Made by a program: the position numbers and the translations under genes | Shown here: positions 35,725 through 48,664 of the stretch, one piece after another | Numbering within the stretch: position 1 is the first letter of the stretch | Layout of the letters: every line of letters starts with the position of its first letter | Notes under the pieces: generated by a model | What the model saw: only the letters and a program-made list of their open reading frames with translations | Told to the model about the DNA's origin: nothing | The model's database searches: none | Origin: Rhynchobatus australiae | Taxonomy: Eukaryota | Direction: 5' to 3' | NCBI GenBank assembly: GCA_034780895.1 | Contig: JAUZTB010000068.1 | Coordinates: 16,492,842 to 16,556,841, forward strand | DNA length: 64,000 bases

Positions 35725-38700
35725 TTTTTTTTAAAAAAATACAGCTTTCTCTTTGCAGAGAAAATGAAAATTTTTCATATTTTCTTGTTCTTTGTGTGTA
35801 AAATCTATCTAGGCCTTGTTTCTCATTAATTGGATATTTAAAAGATTTTGCCACAGCAGGTCTGTCTGCAACATGAGAACTCTGCGTTTGAACACTTGAG
35901 AATCATATTTAACTATATTTAGACATTAAGCATATTTCTGTTTGTCCCTTAAAGGTTATTCGAAATCATCCATTATATTCAAAATAAAGTACATATGGAA
36001 ACAAAAGGTTCTAATTTCAATCATTTTGATAAAGTGAATTAATGACAGTATATACATAATTCAGATTTTCTGAGGTCTTTCCAAAGAAAAAGAGCGAGTC
36101 TATTTGAACATACTTATTGCTTTATTGGGGTAAAGAAAATTTGAGCTAACCAAAAATTCAATTAATGAAAATATACAAAAACTATAAATTGGGTTCTATA
36201 ACAGTCTACTGTCAAAAGGCACTAATTCAGACCATTAACTACAAATTATATACATGTGGAAGCATATGTATGGACACAGAACAAAGGATGGGATACACAA
36301 GCACAGAATACAGATAAACCAATTTTTTTTAAAACTTTTCCCTTTTCCTTTTATTTCCAGTCACTTTCCTGGGACAGAATACATGGAAGGGTATTTTACT
36401 CCACTAATGTGCCATCATGCACTGCACGATGAACACTGTGATCCTGTCCCTGTAGTGTCAGATGCTTGGTTTACAGTTCTGTGGTTTTGATCTTTGATTT
36501 TCAACATATCCTGTTTAAATTCAAGTGCTCAGCTTGCAGTCAAATCCACAGCCAAGCTTCTGATGACCACCTTCAGTTCACATCTCAACTACCAAGTGCA
36601 CTACCTTGCAGTTACCGCACCCCACCCCACCCCACCCCACCCCGACCCCAATAAAGTACACCTGATGGTCAAGTAGAGAGAAGCATAGGCATCATCATTA
36701 TAGAAACCTGCTGCTGGCTGACCTACATTTTCAATTGGAGGAGGTAAAAGACCACTTACGGGATTGGGGAGTGTATTTTTAAAAAAGATAGTAAACAGAA
36801 CATGGCTACTTTTATAAATTCCACAATATAATAGTAACATCAATAGCTGATAGTTCAGTAGGTCAATTTTTTTGTTGCATATTTTTGTACATGTAGATAC
36901 AGTTAACCTCTGGACATAACATTGACACTAACAAGTGCCCTTAAGTGAAAAATAACCTGAACTTTAACTAATATGGCAGTAGATTTGTCAACAAATTAGT
37001 AAATACACATTCATAGTTGGCATTGCTGAATTTTAGTACAAGCTTAACTGAAAAATGCTTTCAAGCATGTTTTGCTACATTAGTTTAACAGATACTACTA
37101 AATCTATAATTAGAGTTTTTGTAGAATCTTAAGTTTAGTTAAACAGATACAAGATGTCCTGTATTTCCTTGGAACTAGATAAAGGAACATGTGAAAAGTT
37201 ACTTAAATACAGTGCATAAAAATTAATTTTAACAGTAATGATATTACAGTGTACAGTATTTCAGAAAGTTACCTGACAGTAACTTACAGCAAAATTACAT
37301 GTAATGCTTGTAAACTGTACAGGAAAAGAAAGATGCTCCCCTAGACATTTTCACAGAAGCCACAATTATACATTTTCTGCTTTGCTTCAAGCTGCACTGA
37401 GAAGCTGGTCTAATCCAGTCAATGAGGAGGTCTACAAGGGCATTGCTTGTATTTGTTGTGCTGTGGGCAGTGTAATCACATACTTTGTATAATTCTCTTA
37501 AGTATGCAACTGATCTAGTTTTATACATTAAATGTATTGGAGTACAAAAAGTAATTTATTTTAAAAAAGTGCTTTAAAAATTATTTACAATAATTAGATG
37601 CATTTGGACCATCTTCATAGACCTTAGAAATATGACATTTACACTGGCTAACTGGTGAATCACCCTCTCAGACCAAGAAAATGATGTGGACAGCATTGAC
37701 AGTTTGGATGTGTATATACATATTTATCTTGCAAAACTATAGAATTAAAACCTGTCTCTGTTATACATTTAACTGAAGTCTTTCACAGAAATTACTAGCT
37801 GGGAGCAACCCAAGTTTGTCTTTTAAATAATCAGACAATGAAATAGGANNNNNNNNNATGTGCAACACACTGCTCACAGTACACTCTTGAAATCTGGCGG
37901 AATTGGACATAATAATACTGTATTTTTCTATTGATCAATAGTGCAATTTTTTTTTAAATTCAAGGTTCAACCACTCCAAGTCAGGTTTTTCTGAATTTGT
38001 TTTGAATGTCGAATCTCCACATTGGTCTAATAAATTATCACATTTCCACGTGTATGCTACTGTAATCTTACACTATCCATCTCAGTTAGGTGGGGCAAAA
38101 AAATGAATATGGTGATTATTTGTACAAACTTCACCTAAAATAAATAAAACCCTGTGATATCATACAATAAGGAACAAAATATGATGAGGCAATTTAAACT
38201 TCTTTAAAAATTTAAATGTTTAGCATTAAATTTCACCACCCTCCACAAATTTTTTTTATATATATACATCCACATTGGCAGAGTATTAAAAACAATTGTC
38301 TCTATCTACATTGTTGGTGGAAATTTTACTTTGAGGTCCACAGCATTAAAACTTTTAATTTGTTATGACTGGTTAAGCGAGTTTGGGTAAAGAACACATT
38401 TTGGATTCCACAATTTCTAGTCTAAAGTATATTATCTTCGTTAATTAATACTGATTGCTTTAAGTCTTAGTTTATGGCTTTAATTTGTAAAACGGTCCCA
38501 GCCACAACTTTTGGTTGTAGATATAACTTACTCATGAATTTGAAAAATTTAAATTTTATCAGGATCGTGAACATTTAATGTACATCAACTGTGCAGTCAT
38601 TTCACATTACCATTGATCAAGGTAGTAACAATACTNNNNNNNNNNNNNNNNNNNNNNNNNNNNNNNNNNNNNNNNNNNNNNNNNNNNNNNNNNNNNNNNN

Positions 38701-41700
38701 NNNNNNNNNNNNNNNNNNNNNNNNNNNNNNNNNNNNNNNNNNNNNNNNNNNNNNNNNNNNNNNNNNNNNNNNNNNNNNNNNNNNNNNNNNNNNNNNNNNN
38801 NNNNNNNNNNNNNNNNNNNNNNNNNNNNNNNNNNNNNNNNNNNNNNNNNNNNNNNNNNNNNNNNNNNNNNNNNNNNNNNNNNNNGGCAAAGACAAGATTG
38901 AAAATAATGCCTCAAAACGTAAAGTCAAGTCCGTCCAGTCATCACCCCTTTCCTCATCTAAATAGATCAGAGTTTTTAAATGGATTCCTGCCACCATCTA
39001 CTATGTACATTTCTGCAAAGAATTAGTTGCATTTGAAAAGTTACTTGAACTGCAAGAACTGATTTATCAAAACAAAACTGGAGAATGAAAACAAGTGTCA
39101 ATTAACAGACTGACAATCCTTGTGGTTGACTGGGTAAGTTTAGAGGTTAAATCACGATATCTTAACTGAGCAAAGTAGAATAACAGAGGCACTTTTAGTG
39201 GAAAATGCACATTTTCAATTACAAGCTTCTGCCCAAAAACATGATTTCAAACTTGATTATTTTATCTGTGACAATCAATAAGCAATTTACAAATGTATTT
39301 TTTGAGAGAGCAGGTGTATCAAAATGAACCTGATGGAGCAGGAATGCCAAAGACAAGGTGCAAAGTAAAACCTCTAATACCTTACTACAATAATGTGCAT
39401 TTGTCTAGTCATCTAGCCATACAGAATAAGATGGCAGCAGTTGTTAACAGTATGCTTCCATGAATATTAGTGTTTTAGCACAATGGACCAAGATTTGTAG
39501 GAGGTTTATATGCAATGAATATAAAGAACATTTGAACTACAAATAGGGGGCCCGGGATATCTTCAAGAACATTTCTGATTTCTTACATGCAGCAATTAGG
39601 GCCCTCCCCAGTTGATTCATCAAAGGTTTCTGAGCTCTGAAGAATGCTTGGTGGTTACATGCCTAATGGAATCGGCAGACTGGAGAGGTTGAAATTAAAG
39701 TTGGTTTGTGCTCAAAAGTAGGTCTTTTTTTGTTGTTGTCCATCATTTGTGTCACAAGTGGTACAGTGACAGTTATACTGATTTGAGGCTGGGCACATTT
39801 AAATAGTTGAAATGACCATGGTGGAGTATTTGCTTATGGTGATTATTTTGAAGCAAATGTTAAACAAAAAATGCAATGATGCTTAAGAGCCTACAAATCC
39901 ATTAAAGTTTTATTTTGGCGGGGGGGGGGGGAGGGAGGTTGAATGGACAGCGTTAGTGTTCAGAAGCAAGCAGATTTCCCACAATGGTACATAAATACCC
40001 ATTTCAACCATCCTAAAATTGTCAACACTTGGAGAGCCAAATTCTTGGGAAGGGAAAAAGGCAAATTTGAAGTGTGTTATAAAAAAAGCAATAAATAGGA
40101 TAAAATTAAGTTGTTAAAATTATTTTGCACTGTTTCCCTAAAGTTCGCTGTCAACAAAGTGTAATTGTGGAATATATTTATCTCCGTAAAATAAAGTGCA
40201 CAAAGCTGGTAGATGGGTTGTTGTTGAATGATAGTTGAAGTGCACAGTGGTTTTATAATTGTTCACAGCTTTCCTTCTTTTCCTCAGAAGAGGAACTTAT
40301 GAACTTGACGTTATGAGTGCTGAGAATTTTTGAGTGCTGAGAATTTAACCCAACAGGGAAGTCACAGCCTCCCGCAATCTTCCCTGTATTTTCAATATCT
40401 TTTCTCTAAATATCAATCCAACCATAATCAAAAATAGCTGGGCATGGTGGNNNNNNNNNNNNNNNNNNNNNNNNNNNNNNNNNNNNNNNNNNNNNNNNNN
40501 NNNNNNNNNNNNNNNNNNNNNNNNNNNNNNNNNNNNNNNNNNNNNNNNNNAGACAATTTTTCATTAAGTTATTTTCAATTAAGTTTGCTGTCTTAAACTA
40601 GTTTTTCACTTATAATGTACTTGCATCTTTTTTCACTTTGTTGGAGCTGTTGAGCTTACTTTCTGCTAGTTTTTTTTCTACAGTGCTTGCTAATATTACA
40701 ACATGGTTAGCAAGTAGAAGCAAGAACCATGGCTTATGCCTTGCTGTCCTTGGTACAGGTCTTTAGCCTAGTTCTACCAAACCTACTAGTACCCTGTATG
40801 AAATCAATGAACTGTACACAAACCAATTTGTTTCAGTTTTAACTAATTAATTCTTTCTTCACTTTTTAACAAAAAACATTTTCAACTTAAGAGCTAAGCA
40901 CAGTCTCATGACAGCAAATACTCTGTTGTTTAGGGGCACTTATGGGCAGAAACACTACACAAACATCATTAATTAAGCTAAGTTTCCATGGTTCTGATTG
41001 TACATCCAGATGGTTAACATTTTAATAGCTTAAATGGCACTTCATTGATGCATATAGAGTCCTATTAATTGCAGAAAATTTATAGAGGGCAACACCAAGG
41101 TCATTATCAGATCACTGTGTGCAGTTTTGAGTATCATTTTGCTACCTCAACAGTGATGATAGGGCTGGCAGTAGTTTGGAAAAGTCCTGCAACCGAGTCG
41201 CTAAAGCACACATTGATTTTACGGGTTCTTTTTTCTATGCAAGTTAAGGCTCTAAAACATTGATACCTTAGGATGTGCACCTAATGGAACTATCACTTTC
41301 ACAGGCTATGCAGCCAAAGATTGGGACTTGTATAAACAGGTCAGCATGAACAGGGTGGGCTGAAGGCCCTGTTTCTGTGCTGTACGACTCTGAAGATGCT
41401 AAGGGGTAGTTAACTGATCTAAATGAGATCAAGGCCTCAAATTTGATACCTACTCCAAGGACCTGTCAAAGCAAAGAAATTTCTTTGTGCAGGATGTTTA
41501 ACTGTGGAATGCTTTGATCTGGGTATGATCGAGAAAGAGACCAGAACATCTTTTAGTAGCAAAGAAGGGAAGATACAGGATGTGGGGAAATAGGAAGATT
41601 AATTTTAATGCTCCAGCAAAAAGCTGGCATTGACCCAACAATTCAATTGGTCTTTCTTGGTGTTAGGAAATGTATATGGCTGTTTAAAAAAAGTATATAC

Positions 41701-42039
41701 AGGGACTATAGGATACTTCCATTAGGAAACAAGTCACATTTGCAAGGTGTAAGAATCCATCCAAAANNNNNNNNNNNNNNNNNNNNNNNNNNNNNNNNNN
41801 NNNNNNNNNNNNNNNNNNNNNNNNNNNNNNNNNNNNNNNNNNNNNNNNNNNNNNNNNNNNNNNNNNNNNNNNNNNNNNNNNNNNNNNNNNNNNNNNNNNN
41901 NNNNNNNNNNNNNNNNNNNNNNNNNNNNNNNNNNNNNNNNNNNNNNNNNNNNNNNNNNNNNNNNNNNNNNNNNNNNNNNNNNNNNNNNNNNNNNNNNNNN
42001 NNNNNNNNNNNNNNNNNNNCTCTTTCATCTGAGTCAAAC

Positions 42040-42360
42040 TTCACCATAGGGCTTACACATCGGCTGTCACTTCAGTGCATTGTCTGAGGTGCTGTTGAAC
42101 CAAACCTGTCCTGTCTGCCAGCTCATATAAAAAAATCTCAGGGTATTTTAAAGGAATGAAATGTTGCTATCTTGGTGTCCTGAGCAACATTTCTCCCTCA
42201 GTCAACACCACTAAAAATAAACTGGTCATTCATTTCCATTTACCTATGGGATCTTTGCACAAATGTCATGTTTTTGCTTACTATGCAATTGTGAATGCAT
42301 TTTAGTAATAACTGAGTGACTGCAAAGCACTCTGGCAAGCCAGGACACAAAACAGGCTAT
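42040..42360 (+). mobile_element. Ancient Deu-domain SINE (SacSINE1/AmnSINE1-like)
   Basis: ggtgtcctgagcaacatttctccctcagtcaacaccactaaaaa...ctggtcatt...tgggatctt...gcaaagcactctgg resembles the remembered DeuSINE consensus. Confidence 0.6.
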
Positions 42361-42374
42361 ATAAATACAATTTC

Positions 42375-42530
42375 TTGATCAAGAAACAAAACACTGGAGG
42401 AACTCAGGGTCTCGACCCGAAACTTCGACCATCCCTCTGCCTCCACAGATGCTGCCCGACCCACTGAGTTCCAGCAGCAGTTTGTTTTTTGCTCCAGAGT
42501 ACAGCATCTGCAATCTCTTGTGTCTCCCAA
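42375..42530 (+). mobile_element. Penelope-derived terminal repeat / short non-autonomous element
   Basis: ctggaggaactcag...gggtctcgacccgaaac...acagatgctgcccgacccactgagttccagcag. Degenerate relatives lie at about 20380-20455, 24390-24470 and 46060-46160. Confidence 0.6.
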
Positions 42531-43359
42531 ATACAATTTTTCTGTTTGCTTAGTCATACTGGACTTGCCAGAAACAAAGTAATAGTTTTGGTGGAAAGCT
42601 ATGAAAGTGACACATTAAGTCTGTTTCTCTTTCCTCAGTTTCTGCCCTTGAGTATTTCTATTTTTTTTCTGTTTTTATTACTGTAGTCTCTATGTCTGAA
42701 AATGTTTTATTTCCATTTGTTACTCATTCTCAACATATTTACTATACTAATTGTATCCTATGTTACATTTCACTCTTAACAACCTGTTCTCTCATTGGTC
42801 CCTGACCAAACTCCAATGGGTCACAATTCAATAGGCACCTGTAACTCTGGTTTCTCCCCCAGCAGCCATTCCTAAGTACCGGCTGGCAGTGGGAAGTTAA
42901 TCAAGTGTGGAAGGCATCACAATCAAATCTAATCCTAATTTTACATGACATGCACTTTTAAAAAAAGATAGCAAATTTTTGAGGCTGAACCATTACTGGA
43001 TTTTGAGAACCCAAATCCAAAAGTCCCACAAAAATCTGGCATCTTTATTGATCTGGACAGATCAATTTTTTTAAAAACATACTACGACCTTAAGACAAAA
43101 TATTCTGAATCCAAGTAAGTCCCCACCCTCAGCCATTACAGTCTATTCTTTACTTCCTTGTGTTCAGCCAGATATCCTTGCCTCTAAACAAGTTTCAGTG
43201 GTATAAAACTCACCTTGACTGTTTTTGTTGATCACCTTTGAAATAGTTGATAACAATGGTGCATTCATATTCTTAAGTTCTGTGCAACTACTGCACTGTT
43301 GCATACAGTGGATAGCTTATTAGAAAGTTAAGGAACCATTATTAGTGATTTATTGAGTT

Positions 43360-43817
43360 TTGACCATCAATGCAAGACAATGCCTGGAATGAAGCACATC
43401 AGTTATAAAGAGAATGGATAGGTTGGGTCTGGTTTCCCTGGAACTTAAGAGAATGAGAGGCAATCTTACAGAAGTGTTTAAAAATATGAGAAGCATAGAT
43501 GGATGGTAATAGTATTTTCCCCAGGGAGGGGAGTCCAAAACTAAGGGACATAGATTTAGGATGAGAGGGGAAAGATTTAAAAGAGACCTGAGGGGCAACT
43601 TTTTCACACAGAGGGTGGTGAGTATATGGAACGAGCTGCCAGAGGAAGTGTTGAGGCAGGTACAACAGTGTCACTTGAATAGGTACATGGAGGGCAGGGC
43701 TTAGAGGGATATGGGCTGAGCACAGGAAAATGGGACCAGCTGGGTGGACACCGTGGTCAGCATGGACTTGTTGGGCCAAAGGGCCTGTATCCGTGTTGTA
43801 TTGCTCTATGACTCTAA
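43360..43817 (+). mobile_element. Well-preserved CR1-type LINE 3' end
   Basis: Reads like RLGLxSLExxRMRGxLxEVFK...KTRGHRFRMRGERFKRDLRGNFFTQRVVSIWNELPEEV, then a tail ending ctctatgactcta. Confidence 0.85.
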
Positions 43818-46800
43818 TGTAAATAGCACAGGACCTTAAAGTTCCTTCCTATTTTTGAATGCTGAAAGAGACAGTGACAGGTGAAAGAGGGAGAAAGAGC
43901 ACAAAAGAGAATTCCAGTCTGTCATCAATAATTCCATTTGTGATTAGTAATTAGTGCCAGGCACATGCCTTGTAGCAGCACTTTTTTTTTTAGAAAGAAT
44001 ACATTGTACAGTATTCTCCATTCAAAAAACACATTTCTACATGGTGCAATTCTGCTCAGTATGTAATACTTTAAATAAGAACTATATTTTGCCTTCCTTA
44101 CTTGGAGGAATGAACAGTTTAATTCTGTGTGTTGTCTGTAAGTTTGTGTACTACTGAACTTTACAAAAATAACTGAGTAATTAATCCAGAAATAACCTTA
44201 TAAAACTACTTGCATCTTTTAACGATGAGCCAGTTATTTTTACCTCTCAACTATTTTGAAGTGGCTCACTGGAACACAAAGTTACAGATGATATACATAT
44301 AGACAACTGATAATTCTGATCCAATCAGGAGAATTGTTCAAAAGACAACCATTCAGGTAGTCAACCACTTAATTTACCAAATTCCATAGGAAATAGGAAA
44401 ATAAGTCTGAATTCACTTGTTAATCAAAATGCATTATTGCTTAACTTGGTGGCATCAATTTAATTATTTTTAAACCAAATACTTTAATAAAATTAAAAAT
44501 TAATTAAAAGTTTGCTATAGCTTCATTTAAAAGTCAGAATTCTTTAGTTCTGCTCATAAACTATCTCCTACCAGATACGAATCATGGTTTGATTGGAAAC
44601 ATGGAGCAGATGATTTTTGCAGGTTCTTGTTAGTAAATATGTCAGATTGGAAATACCATTTACAGCAAAAATACTGACTACATTCACCATCTAGACTTAC
44701 AGTTAATACTTATGATCTTATCATATTAAATAATGCAATAATCCTGTATTTTGATGAATTGAAACTAGAACATATATATCTTCAAAAAGCTGAAATGAAT
44801 ATTTGTATAGAATTAAATTTAACTCTCATCTTAACCTTGTGCATATCCCAAAGGTAACATTAATGGTGAAGCAGCATGCCTCGAGTCAATAAGCTTTGAT
44901 TACTGTTATATTTTAATCCTGGGCATTGTTGTCAATAGGTTATTAATGCTTTTGAGGATATATAGAAGCCTACATGTTAAATTACAAAATGCGGTTTTCA
45001 TTAAAATTCATGCAAGTGAATTTGTATCTTATGAACAGCAAGGTCATAAGTTACAGATCACCCACTCACATTTAGTGAGTTACATTGCACTGATTGTGTA
45101 TAAGGTTTTGTTTTAAAATTTCATTTCCTTCTCCAGTCCATTGAAGGTGATTTCAAAACTTAGTGTCCCTGAGGATACAAGGTACAATTACAGGTCCACC
45201 CCAGCTCACCAATGCCCAACCAACTTAACTACAGACCATACATATGAATGAGCATTTGGGAGACTGGTGGGATGGATTTGCTGGCTGCAGTGGGACTGCA
45301 GGTTACTGTTCTTGACACTGGCTGGAATTTTGCCACACTGAACCCAAGAAGCATACATTCTAGTCAACACATCGATGTCCATGTTGCGAATCCTATCTGG
45401 AGACACAATATCCAGGCCAGCAACAGTGTCATTTTTTTAAAAATTGTCAGTAACTTTTAAAACCTCATCTGCAGTAAGATCTTTTAAAAGGATATTATTA
45501 GCCCAAGATAGGCTGGGGCTAAATTCATTAATATTAAATTTATTGTTAAGAATGGTAAAGCGAGAGTTAAGCTACTTCTCTTGACTAACTATTCCTAAGG
45601 GACAACCCACCTCTGCAGGCATCTTCACCACGTGAAAACTTTGTTTGCCCGGCCACATTCCTGACTTGTGAACTGTTAGGAATCCAAACAGTTCTCAGGA
45701 ACAGAACCCTGCTGTATCCCAGGAGGACCTGTANNNNNNNNNNNNNNNNNNNNNNNNNNNNNNNNNNNNNNNNNNNNNNNNNNNNNNNNNNNNNNNNNNN
45801 NNNNNNNNNNNNNNNNNNNNNNNNNNNNNNNNNNNNNNNNNNNNNNNNNNNNNNNNNNNNNNNNNNNNNNNNNNNNNNNNNNNNNNNNNNNNNNNNNNNN
45901 NNNNNNNNNNNNNNNNNNNNNNNNNNNNNNNNNNNNNNNNNNNNNNNNNNNNNNNNNNNNNNNNNNNNNNNNNNNNNNNNNNNNNNNNNNNNNNNNNNNN
46001 NNNNNNNNNNNNNNNNNNNNNNNNCCTCCCAGTTACTCGAAACATGCTTGTTTACAAACTTTTTCTAGTTCTAATGAAAGATCATCAATGTGAATCAATA
46101 ACTCTGTTTCTCTCCCCTAGTGCTCCCGAACCCTGATGGGTATATCCAGAATTTTCTGTCATTGTTAAAGTTGGTTAATGTTTCAACACTAAACTATTAA
46201 TTACAACATGATAACGGCAATATCCTGGAGCTATGAGGTAACCAGATTAGCCTATAGCAAACTATAGACTAAGCTGAGGCAGTCTATGACTGCAATAAAT
46301 ATCTGAAACTGATAAGGGTCATCATAATACTTAACCTATATGGTTGAAATTAGTTGAAGCTTTCATTGTGCAGCATTAATCTGAAAGGGCAGAATATCTA
46401 GAATACTGACGCTGGTAATCAAAATAACACTTTTTTCCCCAGTGTTGCAGGCATAACCACCAATCAAATTAATTTATGCAACACTGAAACCATTACCCTC
46501 ACAGCAGTGTATGAGGACAGATCTAGGCTGTTGTTAGTTTAGCAACCAGCATCATTATAGACTGGGACTAGACCAGCTTGTTTCCAGATTCTATGCTAAT
46601 TTTGCAAATCCAAAGTGATAATTTTTTTTTGCTAAACTATTTCACTGGAAGCAGGAATGCTTGTGAATTTATTTTGAATTGAATCCATGGGCTATGACAT
46701 TTAAAAAAAATTCTGCTAGGACTTTTGCTTAATTTCTCGGAAGCTTTCCTCAGCAACAGAAGTTTAAAGGGGAACAGCAGTTATCCCTTGGAGTGGATTT

Positions 46801-48523
46801 AGGGTAAAGAAACATATGCATAGTGATCAATAACTTATCAAATTTAACTTTGGGAGATGTGGAAAACTGCATTACAAACTAAACATCTGGTTAAGCAAGT
46901 TTATGGCATCAAAAAGCCAGTTATGAAGTCACATGGGTTTCTTGTTCTGTGGGCAACCAGATTACAAATGAGCACAAAGTTTGAATCTGACAATCCCCAA
47001 TACTGTCAGTGTTCAGCTAGACACCCATCCCATTTGCTGTTAACCTTCTTAACCCACTGTCCATCTGAATGGGTAAATACAGCAGTGCCGCTAGGAACCT
47101 CTATTTCTTGGAATAGCATGCCTCAGCCAATGCAACAGAAGATAAACTTTGATAATGAACTGAACAGCCCTGTGTACTTGGCAATCCCCATATGGCTCAG
47201 TGCTAAATGCAGCCATTGTTTTATTGACCACCAATTTCCAAAAATCCAGAAGTATAAGTTTTTAAAAACAACAATGTTGTTTTACTTGTTAGAAGATGCT
47301 CTGGTATTTGCTGTAATGAAACCTCTATGGCATTGAGAAAATTCTTCTAGCTATGGGGAGACCTTCAGCAAATAGTCTGTGAACACTTCATACTGTCATT
47401 GCTTGTTCTAGTCCCTTGATAAATCAAGTAAGATAACTTTTCTTGACAATAAATTGGATACTGGATTAATGTTTATAACCCTCTAAATACAGTAAAAAAA
47501 AACTCAAAAAATGGTACTGCAGTTACAGACCTTAATTATAGGGAAAATGACTATTACATTCATGAGATCATTGCAACAGTGAATAGCTTTTCACTTGTCA
47601 TTAAATAGAACCTTGCTTCTGGGGAAGTGGAAATTGGCAAAATTATCCCTTTTAGAAGGTCTGTCAGATCCAAACATTTTGTTCCTCTTTAACCTATGAT
47701 GCAAATTCCAAAATGTAATGTTTGGTTACTATAAATGTCATCATTTAATTGCAAGCACAAATAGACATGAAGAGGCGGTTGAAAGCTCATCCAGAGGACG
47801 CCTGCAAGCTGAAGTGCAAACAAATCTTCTACAATTAAATGGATTTTTATTTAAAATAAAAACAGAATGGAAAGGAAGTGATTTGACCAGGGAATGGCTA
47901 TATAGGACTTGACTGTATGATATCTACCCTAGCCCTGATTTTAAAAACAGGCTAGAAAGAAGGGGCCAACGAACAATGGCCAATCTGAAACACCCAGTCC
48001 AAAATCTAGCATGGGACATATGGCGCCATTTGTTTCTGTTTCCAGAAGCTGGAATCTTGAAGAAACTGCAGTGTGTGTGTGTGTTCTGGGCCCGTATAAC
48101 TTCTGACTTTGGGCCAGTTTAGTCTGGTTTGACTTTTTGTTCGTACCTCCCTAATAAAAAACTAGCTATGTAAAATTTAGAAAATAGAAAATGCTTTTAT
48201 TTTGCCTTCAGCTAATAGTTTCAACTGTATTGAGTAATGTGCAGTAATACATTAAAAAAGTTTCCTGTTTGAGTTCACAGTCAGCCGTCAGCAAACCTTA
48301 GCACTAGTCACACCTGACAACTTCTATTCACTGATATGTTAATATGAGATGATCACATTGGCAGCTATAAAAAAATGAGAACTTTTCTTTCAATTTAACA
48401 CACAGCGAACAACCAAATGATAAATATACATCTAATAGTCTGTTGCAGAACAGTACATATATAGGGAAGAAGGTGGCTATAGTCTATAACATTATATAAT
48501 CCTGATTGCCTTCAGCCTTACGT

Positions 48524-48664
48524 TCAATCATCGTCGATTGCTTCTGTCTTGATCTCACTTCCACCCTGGCCGGCCAAAGCTAGGACTGAATGATTGACAG
48601 CTGCCATTTCGACAGCCAATGAGATGGGATCTTGCTGATGGTCACTATGACAAGTATTTTCATC
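48524..48664 (-). CDS. HMBOX1-like last coding exon, DENTCHSDHQQDPISLAVEMAAVNHSVLALAGQGGSEIKTEAIDDD*
   Basis: Pyrimidine tract plus tcatag acceptor, 141 nt to TGA. DPISLAVEMAAVNH...EIKTEAxDDD is the HMBOX1-type C-terminus. Confidence 0.94.
   Translation of the reverse strand, partial: DENTCHSDHQQDPISLAVEMAAVNHSVLALAGQGGSEIKTEAIDDD

Noticed and set aside
42400-42430. Hammerhead ribozyme in the Penelope-derived repeat (gggtctcgacccgaaac)
   Set aside because: Stem II and GAAAC are present, but the CTGATGA core is missing. The other copies (about 20440 and 46070) are also degenerate.
46857-47336. 159-aa plus-strand ORF
   Set aside because: No recognisable motif or splice context. It lies antisense to the HMBOX1-like downstream region and is likely chance.
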